From Deltaproteobacteria bacterium (GTDB lineage: Bacteria > Desulfobacterota > Syntrophia > Syntrophales > Smithellaceae), in the NCBI GenBank assembly GCA_025361065.1, contig JANYAY010000143.1, positions 5,972 to 69,971 on the forward strand: a DNA stretch of 64,000 nt. The letters run 5' to 3'. Under the pieces are notes generated by a model. That model had not been told where the DNA came from, searched no databases, and was given only the letters and a program-made list of their open reading frames with translations. Positions 45,298-53,358 of the stretch are shown here, piece by piece. Each line of letters begins with the position of its first letter. Positions within the stretch are counted from its first letter, which is position 1. The position numbers and the translations under genes are program-made.

Positions 45298-46146
45298 ATG
45301 AGCAACACCGTCTATACAGCCACAGGTTGCAGTCGCTGCAAAATCGCCAAGAACTTCATGGATGAGCGGGGAATTGCCTACCAGGACTTCAACATCAAGG
45401 CTGACGGGAAGGAAGCCTTCGGGCAGTTTTACAGGACCAACCGAAGCGCCGTCTATCGTGGCAAGGAGGGGATTGAGTTCCCGGTATTCACCGATGGGAC
45501 GATCGTCCGCCAGGGCGTGGGCGTGGTCATCGCATTTCTCCATGCAGGTACGAGGCTGGACGGTTTTATCGGGCGGAGCGAACTTTCCCATGGCTGGATG
45601 GATGGGATCCATGTTTCCGAAGGCGACCCCGCGTTGACCGATGCTCTGGTGATGGTGTTGGGCTATATCAAGAGGCAGGGGATGAATCTGCAGCTTGATA
45701 CGGACGGAAGGAATCCGCAGGTGCTCGAGAGGCTGCTGGCGGAGAAGTTGGGAGACCGTGTGCAAATGGAGGTCAAGGGGCCATTGAACGTTTATGGAAG
45801 GATGCCGGGCCGGGAGATGGAACCGGCCGAAGTGAAGAAGACGATCGAGATTGTAACCCGATTCCCGGAGTACCAATTCCGGACAACCGTTGGCCCTGTT
45901 GTCCGGACGAAAGAAGAACCGCAGGAAATCGGTTACCTCACGCCCGATGAAGTTGCCCAAACAGCCAGGCTCATTCAGGAGTCGACCGGGAGCTACAAGC
46001 AGCCCTATGTGCTACGGATCTTCGAAACGGAGGGCGCTGCCGATGAAAGTCTGAGGTCCAGCGGGAAATTGACCTCCGCAGACCTGTTGGGGCACCGGTC
46101 CGCGGCCAGGAAATTCCAGGTGCAAACAGAGATCGAAAAGGTCTAG
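45298..46146 (+). CDS. fusion of a glutaredoxin/NrdH-like CxxC domain with a radical-SAM-activase-like core that lacks the CX3CX2C cluster motif
   Basis: N-terminus YTATGCSRCKIAKNFMDERGIAYQDFNI (the only two Cys in the protein). The remainder resembles NrdG/PflA-type activases (HVSEGDP in place of SGGEP, LQLDTDGRNP, QMEVKGPL). Confidence 0.55.
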   Translation: MSNTVYTATGCSRCKIAKNFMDERGIAYQDFNIKADGKEAFGQFYRTNRSAVYRGKEGIEFPVFTDGTIVRQGVGVVIAFLHAGTRLDGFIGRSELSHGWMDGIHVSEGDPALTDALVMVLGYIKRQGMNLQLDTDGRNPQVLERLLAEKLGDRVQMEVKGPLNVYGRMPGREMEPAEVKKTIEIVTRFPEYQFRTTVGPVVRTKEEPQEIGYLTPDEVAQTARLIQESTGSYKQPYVLRIFETEGAADESLRSSGKLTSADLLGHRSAARKFQVQTEIEKV

Positions 46147-46182
46147 GCGAAGGACAAGAATAATTTATCAAGGAGAATCGAG

Positions 46183-46581
46183 ATGTCCAAAGCAAATCCC
46201 ACCGACCGACTGTATTCCAAAGATCATGAGTGGATCAAAGACAATGGCGACGGTACATCTGTCGTCGGCATTACCGATTACGCACAGGAAATGCTGACGG
46301 ATATCGTGTTTGTGGAACTGCCCCCGATCGGCCAGATTGTTGGACAGGATGGGCCGCTGGCCGTAGTCGAATCCGTTAAATCCGTATCCGATGTTTACGC
46401 GCCGGTAAGCGGCGAAGTCATCGACGTCAACAAAACGTTGGAAGAAACGCCGGAGCTAATCAATCAGGACGCCTTCGGCGAGGGCTGGATTGCCAGGTTG
46501 AAATTGGGAAATGCCGCCGAAGTGAAATCACTTCTCAATGCTGCCGATTATGATGCTCTGATCAAAGAGGAAAAACACTAA
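46183..46581 (+). CDS. gcvH: glycine cleavage system H protein (lipoyl carrier)
   Basis: 132 aa. YSKDHEWI and the lipoyl-lysine motif VVESVKSVSDVYAPVSGEV are present. Confidence 0.9.
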   Translation: MSKANPTDRLYSKDHEWIKDNGDGTSVVGITDYAQEMLTDIVFVELPPIGQIVGQDGPLAVVESVKSVSDVYAPVSGEVIDVNKTLEETPELINQDAFGEGWIARLKLGNAAEVKSLLNAADYDALIKEEKH

Positions 46582-46582
46582 C

Positions 46583-46690
46583 GTGGATTATTGTCCCCAC
46601 AAGTCTGACGATATTGCTCAAATACAGGCGGCAAGAGGCATAGGAAGCGTCGAAGAATTGTTTGCCCATATCCCGAAAAATTGCGTTTAA
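46583..46690 (+). pseudogene. gcvPA: 5' stub of gcvPA (glycine dehydrogenase subunit 1), truncated after about 33 codons
   Basis: My translation from GTG 46583 gives VDYCPHKSDDIAQIQAARGIGSVEELFAHIPKNCV then a stop. This matches the conserved GcvPA N-terminus (Y-x-PH...DI...G-x-x-S-x-EELF-x-x-IP). It starts 1 nt after the gcvH stop, and similarity then ends. Confidence 0.6.
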
Positions 46691-46942
46691 AACAAATAAC
46701 CGATTGCTTTTCTGGATACTTATTATCCAACTGGATACAAATTGCTGCATACACCCTAGCCATTTTTAATGAAAAGAATCCAAGCAAAAAACGGAAAATT
46801 GCTATATATGCTTTGATATCTTATTCTTATGTTGCTTTTGTCTTTTAGGTGTAATTCTTGCTTATTATTCATGGAAATACACTGATAAAGTGGAGTTTAA
46901 AGATTTAAAACACATTTGCAGAATTAAGGCAGGAGGTGGAAT

Positions 46943-47410
46943 ATGAAGAAAGTTGCCTACTCGGTTCTTATCCTCATCATGGCCATGTTTCTCATAAACC
47001 CATTGTCCAGTGAAGCAAGAGGAGGACATTGGGGAGGCGGTCATGGTGGAGGTTGGTGGGCGCCCTGGGCGGTAATAGGAGGGGCAGCTGTCCTGGCGTC
47101 TTATTATTCACCTTATTATGCACCTCCACAGGTGGTGATCCGCGAACAGCCTCCGGTTTATGTTCAACCTGATCCGCCGGTACCTCCATTATCGACTGGA
47201 CGGATCTTTGTCTATCCCCGGCAGGGCCAGAACGAAGAGCTACAGGCCAAGGATCGTTACGAATGCCATAACTGGGGTGTAAGCCAGACAAATTACGACC
47301 CGACTCAGCCTCCCAGTGGGACGCCGGAAGCCCAGTTGAACCAAATGCGGACTGACTATCAACGGGCGATGGGCGCTTGTCTTGACGGTCGCGGGTACAC
47401 CATGAAGTAG
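46943..47410 (+). CDS. secreted Gly/Trp/Pro-rich protein, function unknown
   Basis: A signal peptide, then ARGGHWGGGHGGGWWAPW, a hydrophobic stretch, a Pro-rich linker and a C-terminal Cys pair. GGAGGTGG RBS. Confidence 0.6.
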   Translation: MKKVAYSVLILIMAMFLINPLSSEARGGHWGGGHGGGWWAPWAVIGGAAVLASYYSPYYAPPQVVIREQPPVYVQPDPPVPPLSTGRIFVYPRQGQNEELQAKDRYECHNWGVSQTNYDPTQPPSGTPEAQLNQMRTDYQRAMGACLDGRGYTMK

Positions 47411-47419
47411 CCACCGCAA

Positions 47420-47743
47420 TCATGCCCGGCCTTCGGCCGTCAGGGCATCGTGCAGCTCATCAGGATGGCAACGGCATCGGAATTCCCGACGGCTGGCATC
47501 GTTGCGTGCTTTGCTGTAAGGCAATCCTTCAGCCATGCGGTTGCGTTCGTGCAACTTATGTAACAGCACAAATCCCCTTTCCTTCTCTTCAATGGCATCG
47601 TCAATCCAGACCTCACCCCCGGGAAAGAATTGATAAACATGGTCATGGCCGCCGGCCGTGAAGTCGATGTCGAAAGCGCTGCGCACCAACCGGCCAAACC
47701 TTTTTGAATGCCGTTTTCGGGGAAAAACAATAGGGAAATTCAT
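47420..47743 (-). CDS. hypothetical protein (107 aa)
   Basis: This is the internal part of the 254-aa track ORF. ATG 47743 is preceded by GGAGAGGAG, and the upstream part of the track ORF overlaps the hydrolase gene. It contains an HKLHE motif. No family recognised. Confidence 0.45.
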   Translation of the reverse strand: MNFPIVFPRKRHSKRFGRLVRSAFDIDFTAGGHDHVYQFFPGGEVWIDDAIEEKERGFVLLHKLHERNRMAEGLPYSKARNDASRREFRCRCHPDELHDALTAEGRA

Positions 47744-47858
47744 CAGGCGGCTCCTCTCCGTAATGGATGTGTCCGCCCATGCGGTATCAGGTTGGGCTGA
47801 AGAATAATTTCCGCAGAGCACCTCTTGCTGTTTGGAAACAAAACAAATGATTTTAATA

Positions 47859-49151
47859 TTACCACAGCTCCTTATCCAGAATTTCAATGAACCTGGAGTA
47901 AGCCTTCCGGTCGCCCAGAATCGTGTCATGAGTGCAGTCAAAGCCGAATGTTTTAATCGCGCTATCGACCGCCCGCGCATCCAGGGCTTTTTCCCGGGAG
48001 AGTTTGTCATTTTTTCCATAAAAAATATAATGGTCAATCGTCGGGGACAACTTTTCTGCCATGGTGGTTTTGATAAAAGCGCTTTGGGTTCCCAGATCAA
48101 CCCAAATGGGGATGCTTTTATGCGTGATGATCTGCGAGAGATCGGCGGCTCCAAATCCACCCCAGGGGGTGGCGAACGACACAAAAAGTTTTATAAAATT
48201 ATTTTGTTTGTCCGAAGCATACCGGGTTAAAAAGGCTCGTGTTGTTAATCCGCCGACGCTGTGGGCAACTATAGCCATTTTCGAAAAGCCGTATTTTTTA
48301 TGGAGTTCCTGTAACTCATCGTTGAGCAGGGCTGCGGCAAGAGGAAGACGAATGCCCGACGGATAGTAAAAGAACCAGGGTTGATAACGGCTTCGGTCCA
48401 GACGCATGTAAAAATATATCCAGTTCTGCGGGCTGCCTTCTGCGCCGTGCACAAAAAGAATGGGGATTTTCCGGGGAGAATACTCTTCTGTGAGATAAAT
48501 GTGCGCGCCGAATGCTTTCATAAATGAGGATGGATTCCAATAGCCTGTCTGCGCGTTTTCCGGTGAAAAATATTCATGATAGATTTTTAATACCTGGCCG
48601 TTATGCGTCACCTGTTTGATGATTCCCTGATCCTTCTTAAACATCAAATCATCAGGGAGTGTCATTTTCCGGCCGTTGTCCCTGGCGGTCCGGATGACGA
48701 CGCCGGTGATAAGTTCGTTTTCGTGGATGGATATTTCTCCGGCGGCAGAAGGTGACCCGTAGGCGCCGGAAATTTCGTCATTTTCATAAATCCCGTTATG
48801 ATTGTAGTCCGTGATTGTGTAAATGTTGTAGCGTCCCTGGGACAGGTAGAGCATAAAAGCACCCTGGCCGTTGACGACTGCATATTCACCGAATGCCTTA
48901 TTGCCGTCCGCCGGACGATAGGTGATGATGAGAGTGGAAGCATTGACTTTATCAGTACTGATGATCCTGCCTTTAATAATGGCGGAATTATATGCCGGCA
49001 CATCGTTTTTTTCAGTCTGTTGAACCGGCCTTACCAGTATGTCATCCTTCTCGGGAATGCTCAGATAGCGGCAACTCACCATCCCGGAAAGTATGATGAC
49101 GGCTAAGGCGGATAACCCGACAAATCGGCAATAGTTCGATAGCCTGTTCAT
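47859..49151 (-). CDS. alpha/beta-hydrolase (lipase/esterase-like) lipoprotein with an N-terminal beta-sandwich region
   Basis: Signal/lipobox GMVSC. The nucleophile elbow is AHSVGG (GxSxG) within ILFVHG...IVAHSVGGL. Confidence 0.75.
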   Translation of the reverse strand: MNRLSNYCRFVGLSALAVIILSGMVSCRYLSIPEKDDILVRPVQQTEKNDVPAYNSAIIKGRIISTDKVNASTLIITYRPADGNKAFGEYAVVNGQGAFMLYLSQGRYNIYTITDYNHNGIYENDEISGAYGSPSAAGEISIHENELITGVVIRTARDNGRKMTLPDDLMFKKDQGIIKQVTHNGQVLKIYHEYFSPENAQTGYWNPSSFMKAFGAHIYLTEEYSPRKIPILFVHGAEGSPQNWIYFYMRLDRSRYQPWFFYYPSGIRLPLAAALLNDELQELHKKYGFSKMAIVAHSVGGLTTRAFLTRYASDKQNNFIKLFVSFATPWGGFGAADLSQIITHKSIPIWVDLGTQSAFIKTTMAEKLSPTIDHYIFYGKNDKLSREKALDARAVDSAIKTFGFDCTHDTILGDRKAYSRFIEILDKELW

Positions 49152-50269
49152 TTATTCTTTATTTCGCTCTCCAGATATTCAACAATCTTTTGATGGTTAT
49201 TTTCTCTGCCCAGATCAAGGGCTGTTTTCCCTTCGACGTTTTTAAAGTTCAATCCTGCTCCATTTTCCACAAGAAAAAAAGCTATTTTATCCGCTCCGTA
49301 TTGTGCCGCCAGCATCAGCGGTGTAAATCTATGCTGATCCTGGATATTGAGGTTAGCTTTCTTTTTAACAAGGATGGAAACAATATCAGACATTTTTTTA
49401 TGGACTGCCAGATGCAGAGCCGTTTGCCCCTGATTGTTTGCAGTGTTCATGTTCTGTGGTTTTGTCAGTAAAAAAGAAGCCACTGATGTGTAACCGCTCT
49501 GGATACTTTTCATCAAAGGCGTGTCGCCGCCGGCATCCTGCGCCGAGACCTCCGCTCCTCTGGCGATTAAAAGCCGGGTATTGGTTTCATCGCCTTTTCC
49601 CGCGGCCAAATGCAGCGGTGTCTTAAGGTCGTGATCTTTAATATTCACCCTGGCGTTATGATTGATCAGCAACGTAGCAAAGTCATAGAGCCGGTAGTCA
49701 ATCGCCATGTGCAGCGCCGTTTCTCCGGAACCGTTTTGGCTGTCGATCCCTTTCCCTGTTGCCAACAGCAGCGGAATACTATCCCAGCTGTTGTTGTAAA
49801 TTGCCCACATCAGAGCCGTGTAACCATATTTATCCTGTCTAACCGGGTCAGCGCCGGTCTGCAGCAATAACTCTACAATGCCCGGGTGGCGCTCATTGAC
49901 TGCAATCATTAAGGGCGTGAGGCCATCTGTGTCCGAATTATTGATATTGACCTTTTTGATAATGAAATACTCAGCCAGGCCTTCATGTCCGTATTGTATG
50001 GCGTACATTAAACCTGTCCACTGATAGGAATCGGTCATGGTGACGTCGATTACTTTTTTTTCCACCAGACGCATAATGTTGACGGTATCGCCTTTTCTGG
50101 CCGCGTCGAAGAAATAGACTTCCGGTGCGGCATACGCTGCTGCAACCTGATTGTGTTGCAGAATTTGTGGTGATGGACAGGCGCACAGGGAAATGACCAT
50201 GATCAATAACAATATTTTAATGTTTGAACCATGCATTTGAGATGAACTCCTGGCAAGGGATGCGTTCAC
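49148..50269 (-). CDS. ankyrin-repeat lipoprotein
   Basis: Lipobox SLCAC followed by about nine ANK repeats (e.g. GLTPLMIAVNERHPGIVELLLQTGADP). Its stop overlaps the hydrolase start (ATGA). Confidence 0.9.
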   Translation of the reverse strand: MNASLARSSSQMHGSNIKILLLIMVISLCACPSPQILQHNQVAAAYAAPEVYFFDAARKGDTVNIMRLVEKKVIDVTMTDSYQWTGLMYAIQYGHEGLAEYFIIKKVNINNSDTDGLTPLMIAVNERHPGIVELLLQTGADPVRQDKYGYTALMWAIYNNSWDSIPLLLATGKGIDSQNGSGETALHMAIDYRLYDFATLLINHNARVNIKDHDLKTPLHLAAGKGDETNTRLLIARGAEVSAQDAGGDTPLMKSIQSGYTSVASFLLTKPQNMNTANNQGQTALHLAVHKKMSDIVSILVKKKANLNIQDQHRFTPLMLAAQYGADKIAFFLVENGAGLNFKNVEGKTALDLGRENNHQKIVEYLESEIKNK

Positions 50270-50641
50270 TGAAAAAGATATAGTACTTTTATCACGACCT
50301 GTTGGTTAATTCAACTGTCTTGGAGTGTCCGGATCAGGGACACCCGCTTCCATCTCAAGTGGATGATACTGTTCCTGATTGCCGGGTTTATCGGTAAGTT
50401 CGGCCGGATAACCGCCGAAGCCATCATAGCTGAAGAATATACCGGGGGCTGACTATATTCAGTCATAACGCATTGTGAGAAAAGGCGTGCGGCAGAGGTC
50501 TGCCTGAATTGGGATCAAATAGTCCTTATTGACGACTGAGCTGATCAAAAAGTGAGTAGATTCCTCCAAAGAAAGGATATCTCCATGTACCTTTAATGCG
50601 GTCATTGATACAGCAGCCCACATCCTGTGGCGAATATTTTA

Positions 50642-50670
50642 TTGACATAAAAGGCCGCGCTTCTTATACT
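50642..50670 (+). promoter_or_regulatory. sigma-70-type promoter candidate for the CocE/NonD gene
   Basis: TTGACA (50642-50647), a 17-nt spacer, then TATACT (50665-50670). Confidence 0.4.
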
Positions 50671-50729
50671 GCCACGCATAAAAAGCAAGTTCTTATCCAA
50701 TAGCAAAATTCTTCCCCGGAGGTTGATTC

Positions 50730-52517
50730 ATGAAATCCCGTACTGTAAGGATCGTCCTCGTCATCATTCTAGTGCTGATCCTTGGCGTTAGCCTTGGCCT
50801 GTATAATAAATGGAACATTGTTGCCTGGTACCTGGGGCTTCCAGCCCCTCAGTATTCAGTAAAAGTGCTCCATGATGTAAAAGTCCCGATGCGCGACGGC
50901 GTAAAACTTTCGGCTGATATCTACAGGCCGTCTGCGGAGGGTAAATATCCGGTGATTTTATTGCGGACCATGTACGGCAAGGGCAATGCCAATCATAAAT
51001 ATGCCTTTACCGGCAGCGTATTCGCGTCCCAGGGCTTTATCTTCGTTGTGCAGGACGTTCGCGGCAAGTTTGATTCCGCAGGCGATTTTTATCCCTACAT
51101 TTATGAAGCCGCGGACGGGTTCGACACCATCGAATGGGCGGGTACCCGGGAATGGAGTACCGGCAAGGTGGGCACCTACGGCTTTTCCTACTGGGGTTCC
51201 ACGCAATGGCTTGCGGCCCCCATGGGCAGCAAATACCTCAAGGCCATGGTGCCCGTCGTCACCAGCCAGGATGTTTACCAGCGCTGGATATACAATGGTA
51301 TTTTCCGGATCAATGATGTGCTGGTGTGGCATTATGAGAACGCCCCGAAACGCGCACAAAGCGCCAAGGGTGTGGATTGGGACACCGCCGTCCGAAAACT
51401 CCCGCTCCTAAAGGCCGATGATGCTCTGGGGGTCGATATCCCCGCGTACAATGACTGGATCCGTCATCCTCAGCCCGGACCATATTGGGACAGGATAAGG
51501 GTGGACAATAAAGTGGCGAAGATTACGGCCCCGGCGCTCATCATCGACGGCTGGTACGATTACTATCTGAACCTCGCCCTTGGCGACTACAACCGCATGA
51601 TAAAAAACGGCGGGAGCGCGGAAGCGCGGCGCAGCATGCTCCTTGTGGGGCCGTGGACGCATGCCTCGACATCAAAATTCAGTGACGCCGACTTCGGCAA
51701 AGAAGCTTCTTTTTTAAAAAAGTTCCGGATGATATTGCTGTGGTTCAATTACTGGCTCAAGGGGGAGCAAAACGGTATCCTCTCCGAGGGTCCGGTTAAA
51801 ATTTTCACCATGGGCGCCAATACCTGGAAAACAGTCGGGGAATGGCCCCTGAAAAACACCCGTTATACGGCCTACTATCTTCACAGCGAAGGGAATGCCA
51901 ACACCGTGCGCGGCAATGGCATACTCTCCGCGGTTAAACCGGCAACGGAGAAACCCGATTCCTTTTTAAGCGACCCGGAAAACCCGGTGCCCTCCGTCGG
52001 CGGCACCTCCATTTTCGGGAACGCCAAGGCCGGCCCGGTAGACCAGCAGACCGTGGAATCACGCGACGATGTGCTCGTATATACCTCGGCGCCGCTTACG
52101 GAAGATCTTGAGGTTACGGGGCCTGTTAAGCTTGTATTCTATGCTGCTTCATCGGCAAGGGACACCGATTTCGCAGCCAAGCTGGCTGATGTCGATCCTG
52201 CAGGAAAATCGATTAACATCCAGGCGGGGGTCATTCGCGCCCGTTATCGCGATTCCCTGGAGCGTCCTTCGCTCTTGGAAAAAGGGAAAATATACCGAAT
52301 GGAGATCGAGATCGGAAATACCAGCAATCTCTTTAAAAAAGGCCATCGTATCCGTCTGCAGCTTGCCGGCTCCAATTTTCCGGAATACGGCCGCAACCTG
52401 AACACCGGAGCGGACAACGGCACCACTGCGGAAATGGTAAAATCCCGGCAGCTTGTCTACCATGACCGCGATAACCCGTCCCAGCTCATCCTTCCGGTGA
52501 TACCGAAAGGAAATTGA
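50730..52517 (+). CDS. CocE/NonD family (S15 X-Pro dipeptidyl-peptidase-like) hydrolase with N-terminal membrane anchor
   Basis: 595 aa. The PVILLRTMYGK and GTYGFSYWG nucleophile region and a C-terminal jelly-roll-like region (HRIRLQLAGSNFP) are present. Confidence 0.85.
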   Translation: MKSRTVRIVLVIILVLILGVSLGLYNKWNIVAWYLGLPAPQYSVKVLHDVKVPMRDGVKLSADIYRPSAEGKYPVILLRTMYGKGNANHKYAFTGSVFASQGFIFVVQDVRGKFDSAGDFYPYIYEAADGFDTIEWAGTREWSTGKVGTYGFSYWGSTQWLAAPMGSKYLKAMVPVVTSQDVYQRWIYNGIFRINDVLVWHYENAPKRAQSAKGVDWDTAVRKLPLLKADDALGVDIPAYNDWIRHPQPGPYWDRIRVDNKVAKITAPALIIDGWYDYYLNLALGDYNRMIKNGGSAEARRSMLLVGPWTHASTSKFSDADFGKEASFLKKFRMILLWFNYWLKGEQNGILSEGPVKIFTMGANTWKTVGEWPLKNTRYTAYYLHSEGNANTVRGNGILSAVKPATEKPDSFLSDPENPVPSVGGTSIFGNAKAGPVDQQTVESRDDVLVYTSAPLTEDLEVTGPVKLVFYAASSARDTDFAAKLADVDPAGKSINIQAGVIRARYRDSLERPSLLEKGKIYRMEIEIGNTSNLFKKGHRIRLQLAGSNFPEYGRNLNTGADNGTTAEMVKSRQLVYHDRDNPSQLILPVIPKGN

Positions 52518-52546
52518 CGGCTGATGCATTGAGCACAAAATGGATG

Positions 52547-52954
52547 TCATTTCTGCCATTCAAAATAATCTAACATCTCCGGGGGGATTTGTTTTTTGTC
52601 CACTTCAAATAATTCAATGAGAATATCATCCGGCGCGGGAACCATAATATACCGCCAGAATCCGGCATCGGTGATGTCTTTGGAAAAGATAATCCCGCCG
52701 AGTTTCATTTTCGCAACGACGCCTTGAATATCATCCGTCTGGATTCCAAAATGATGGATACTGCCGCGTCCGGAGAGCCTGGGCGGCTGATCATAAAAAT
52801 GGATTCGACCCCTGCCTATTTTCATAAATACGTTTCTGGCCCCGGCGAAATCCATATCCAGAATAACTTTGCCGTTAAAATAGTCTTCATAAAATTTAAT
52901 GCTGCAATTAAGGTCGGCGGCAAATATATGTACATGATGCAGATGATTTTCCAT
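52547..52954 (-). CDS. VOC (glyoxalase/bleomycin-resistance/dioxygenase) family protein
   Basis: 135 aa with the paired beta-alpha-beta-beta-beta pattern (LHHVHIFAADL... IHHFGIQTDD). Confidence 0.75.
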   Translation of the reverse strand: MENHLHHVHIFAADLNCSIKFYEDYFNGKVILDMDFAGARNVFMKIGRGRIHFYDQPPRLSGRGSIHHFGIQTDDIQGVVAKMKLGGIIFSKDITDAGFWRYIMVPAPDDILIELFEVDKKQIPPEMLDYFEWQK

Positions 52955-53239
52955 AGCCTTCTCCTCACTGTTTATTAAGGTCGATCATTCTAAACTAGAA
53001 ATAAACATTACTACTTTCCCGCCTCCCGGGTGAATTCAACTTGCATGTGCGCCATTCTCGTCATATCGGAAGGTCTCATCAGGTATCCCATAGTTAAGGC
53101 AGTTGCGTGAGTATTAAGTTTTTTAAAGTTGAAAGCAACTTCTTTTTCTGCGGCCTTTATAATTCGTTTATTTGGAGAAACATTAATCCGACAAATTATC
53201 GGTATTTGTCAGCTTCTAAAATTTTCCGGTTTAATTTTC

Positions 53240-53267
53240 TTGACATGGAATTTATTTTCCCTATAAT
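53240..53267 (+). promoter_or_regulatory. near-consensus sigma-70 promoter for the ABC operon
   Basis: TTGACA (53240-53245), a 16-nt spacer, then TATAAT (53262-53267), about 90 nt upstream of livM. Confidence 0.5.
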
Positions 53268-53358
53268 CACAAAATCGAAAAAGCGGCATCTGTTTCAAGC
53301 AAACCTTTCTCCAAAGTAATAGAACAAAAAATATTTCTACCGGGATGAGGTTTTCGTT

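Noticed and set aside
47420-48184. Full 254-aa track ORF on the minus strand.
   Set aside because: Its upstream two-thirds overlaps the 3' end of the well-supported hydrolase gene in another frame. Only the distal 107 codons, which start at an ATG with a strong SD, are kept as a gene.
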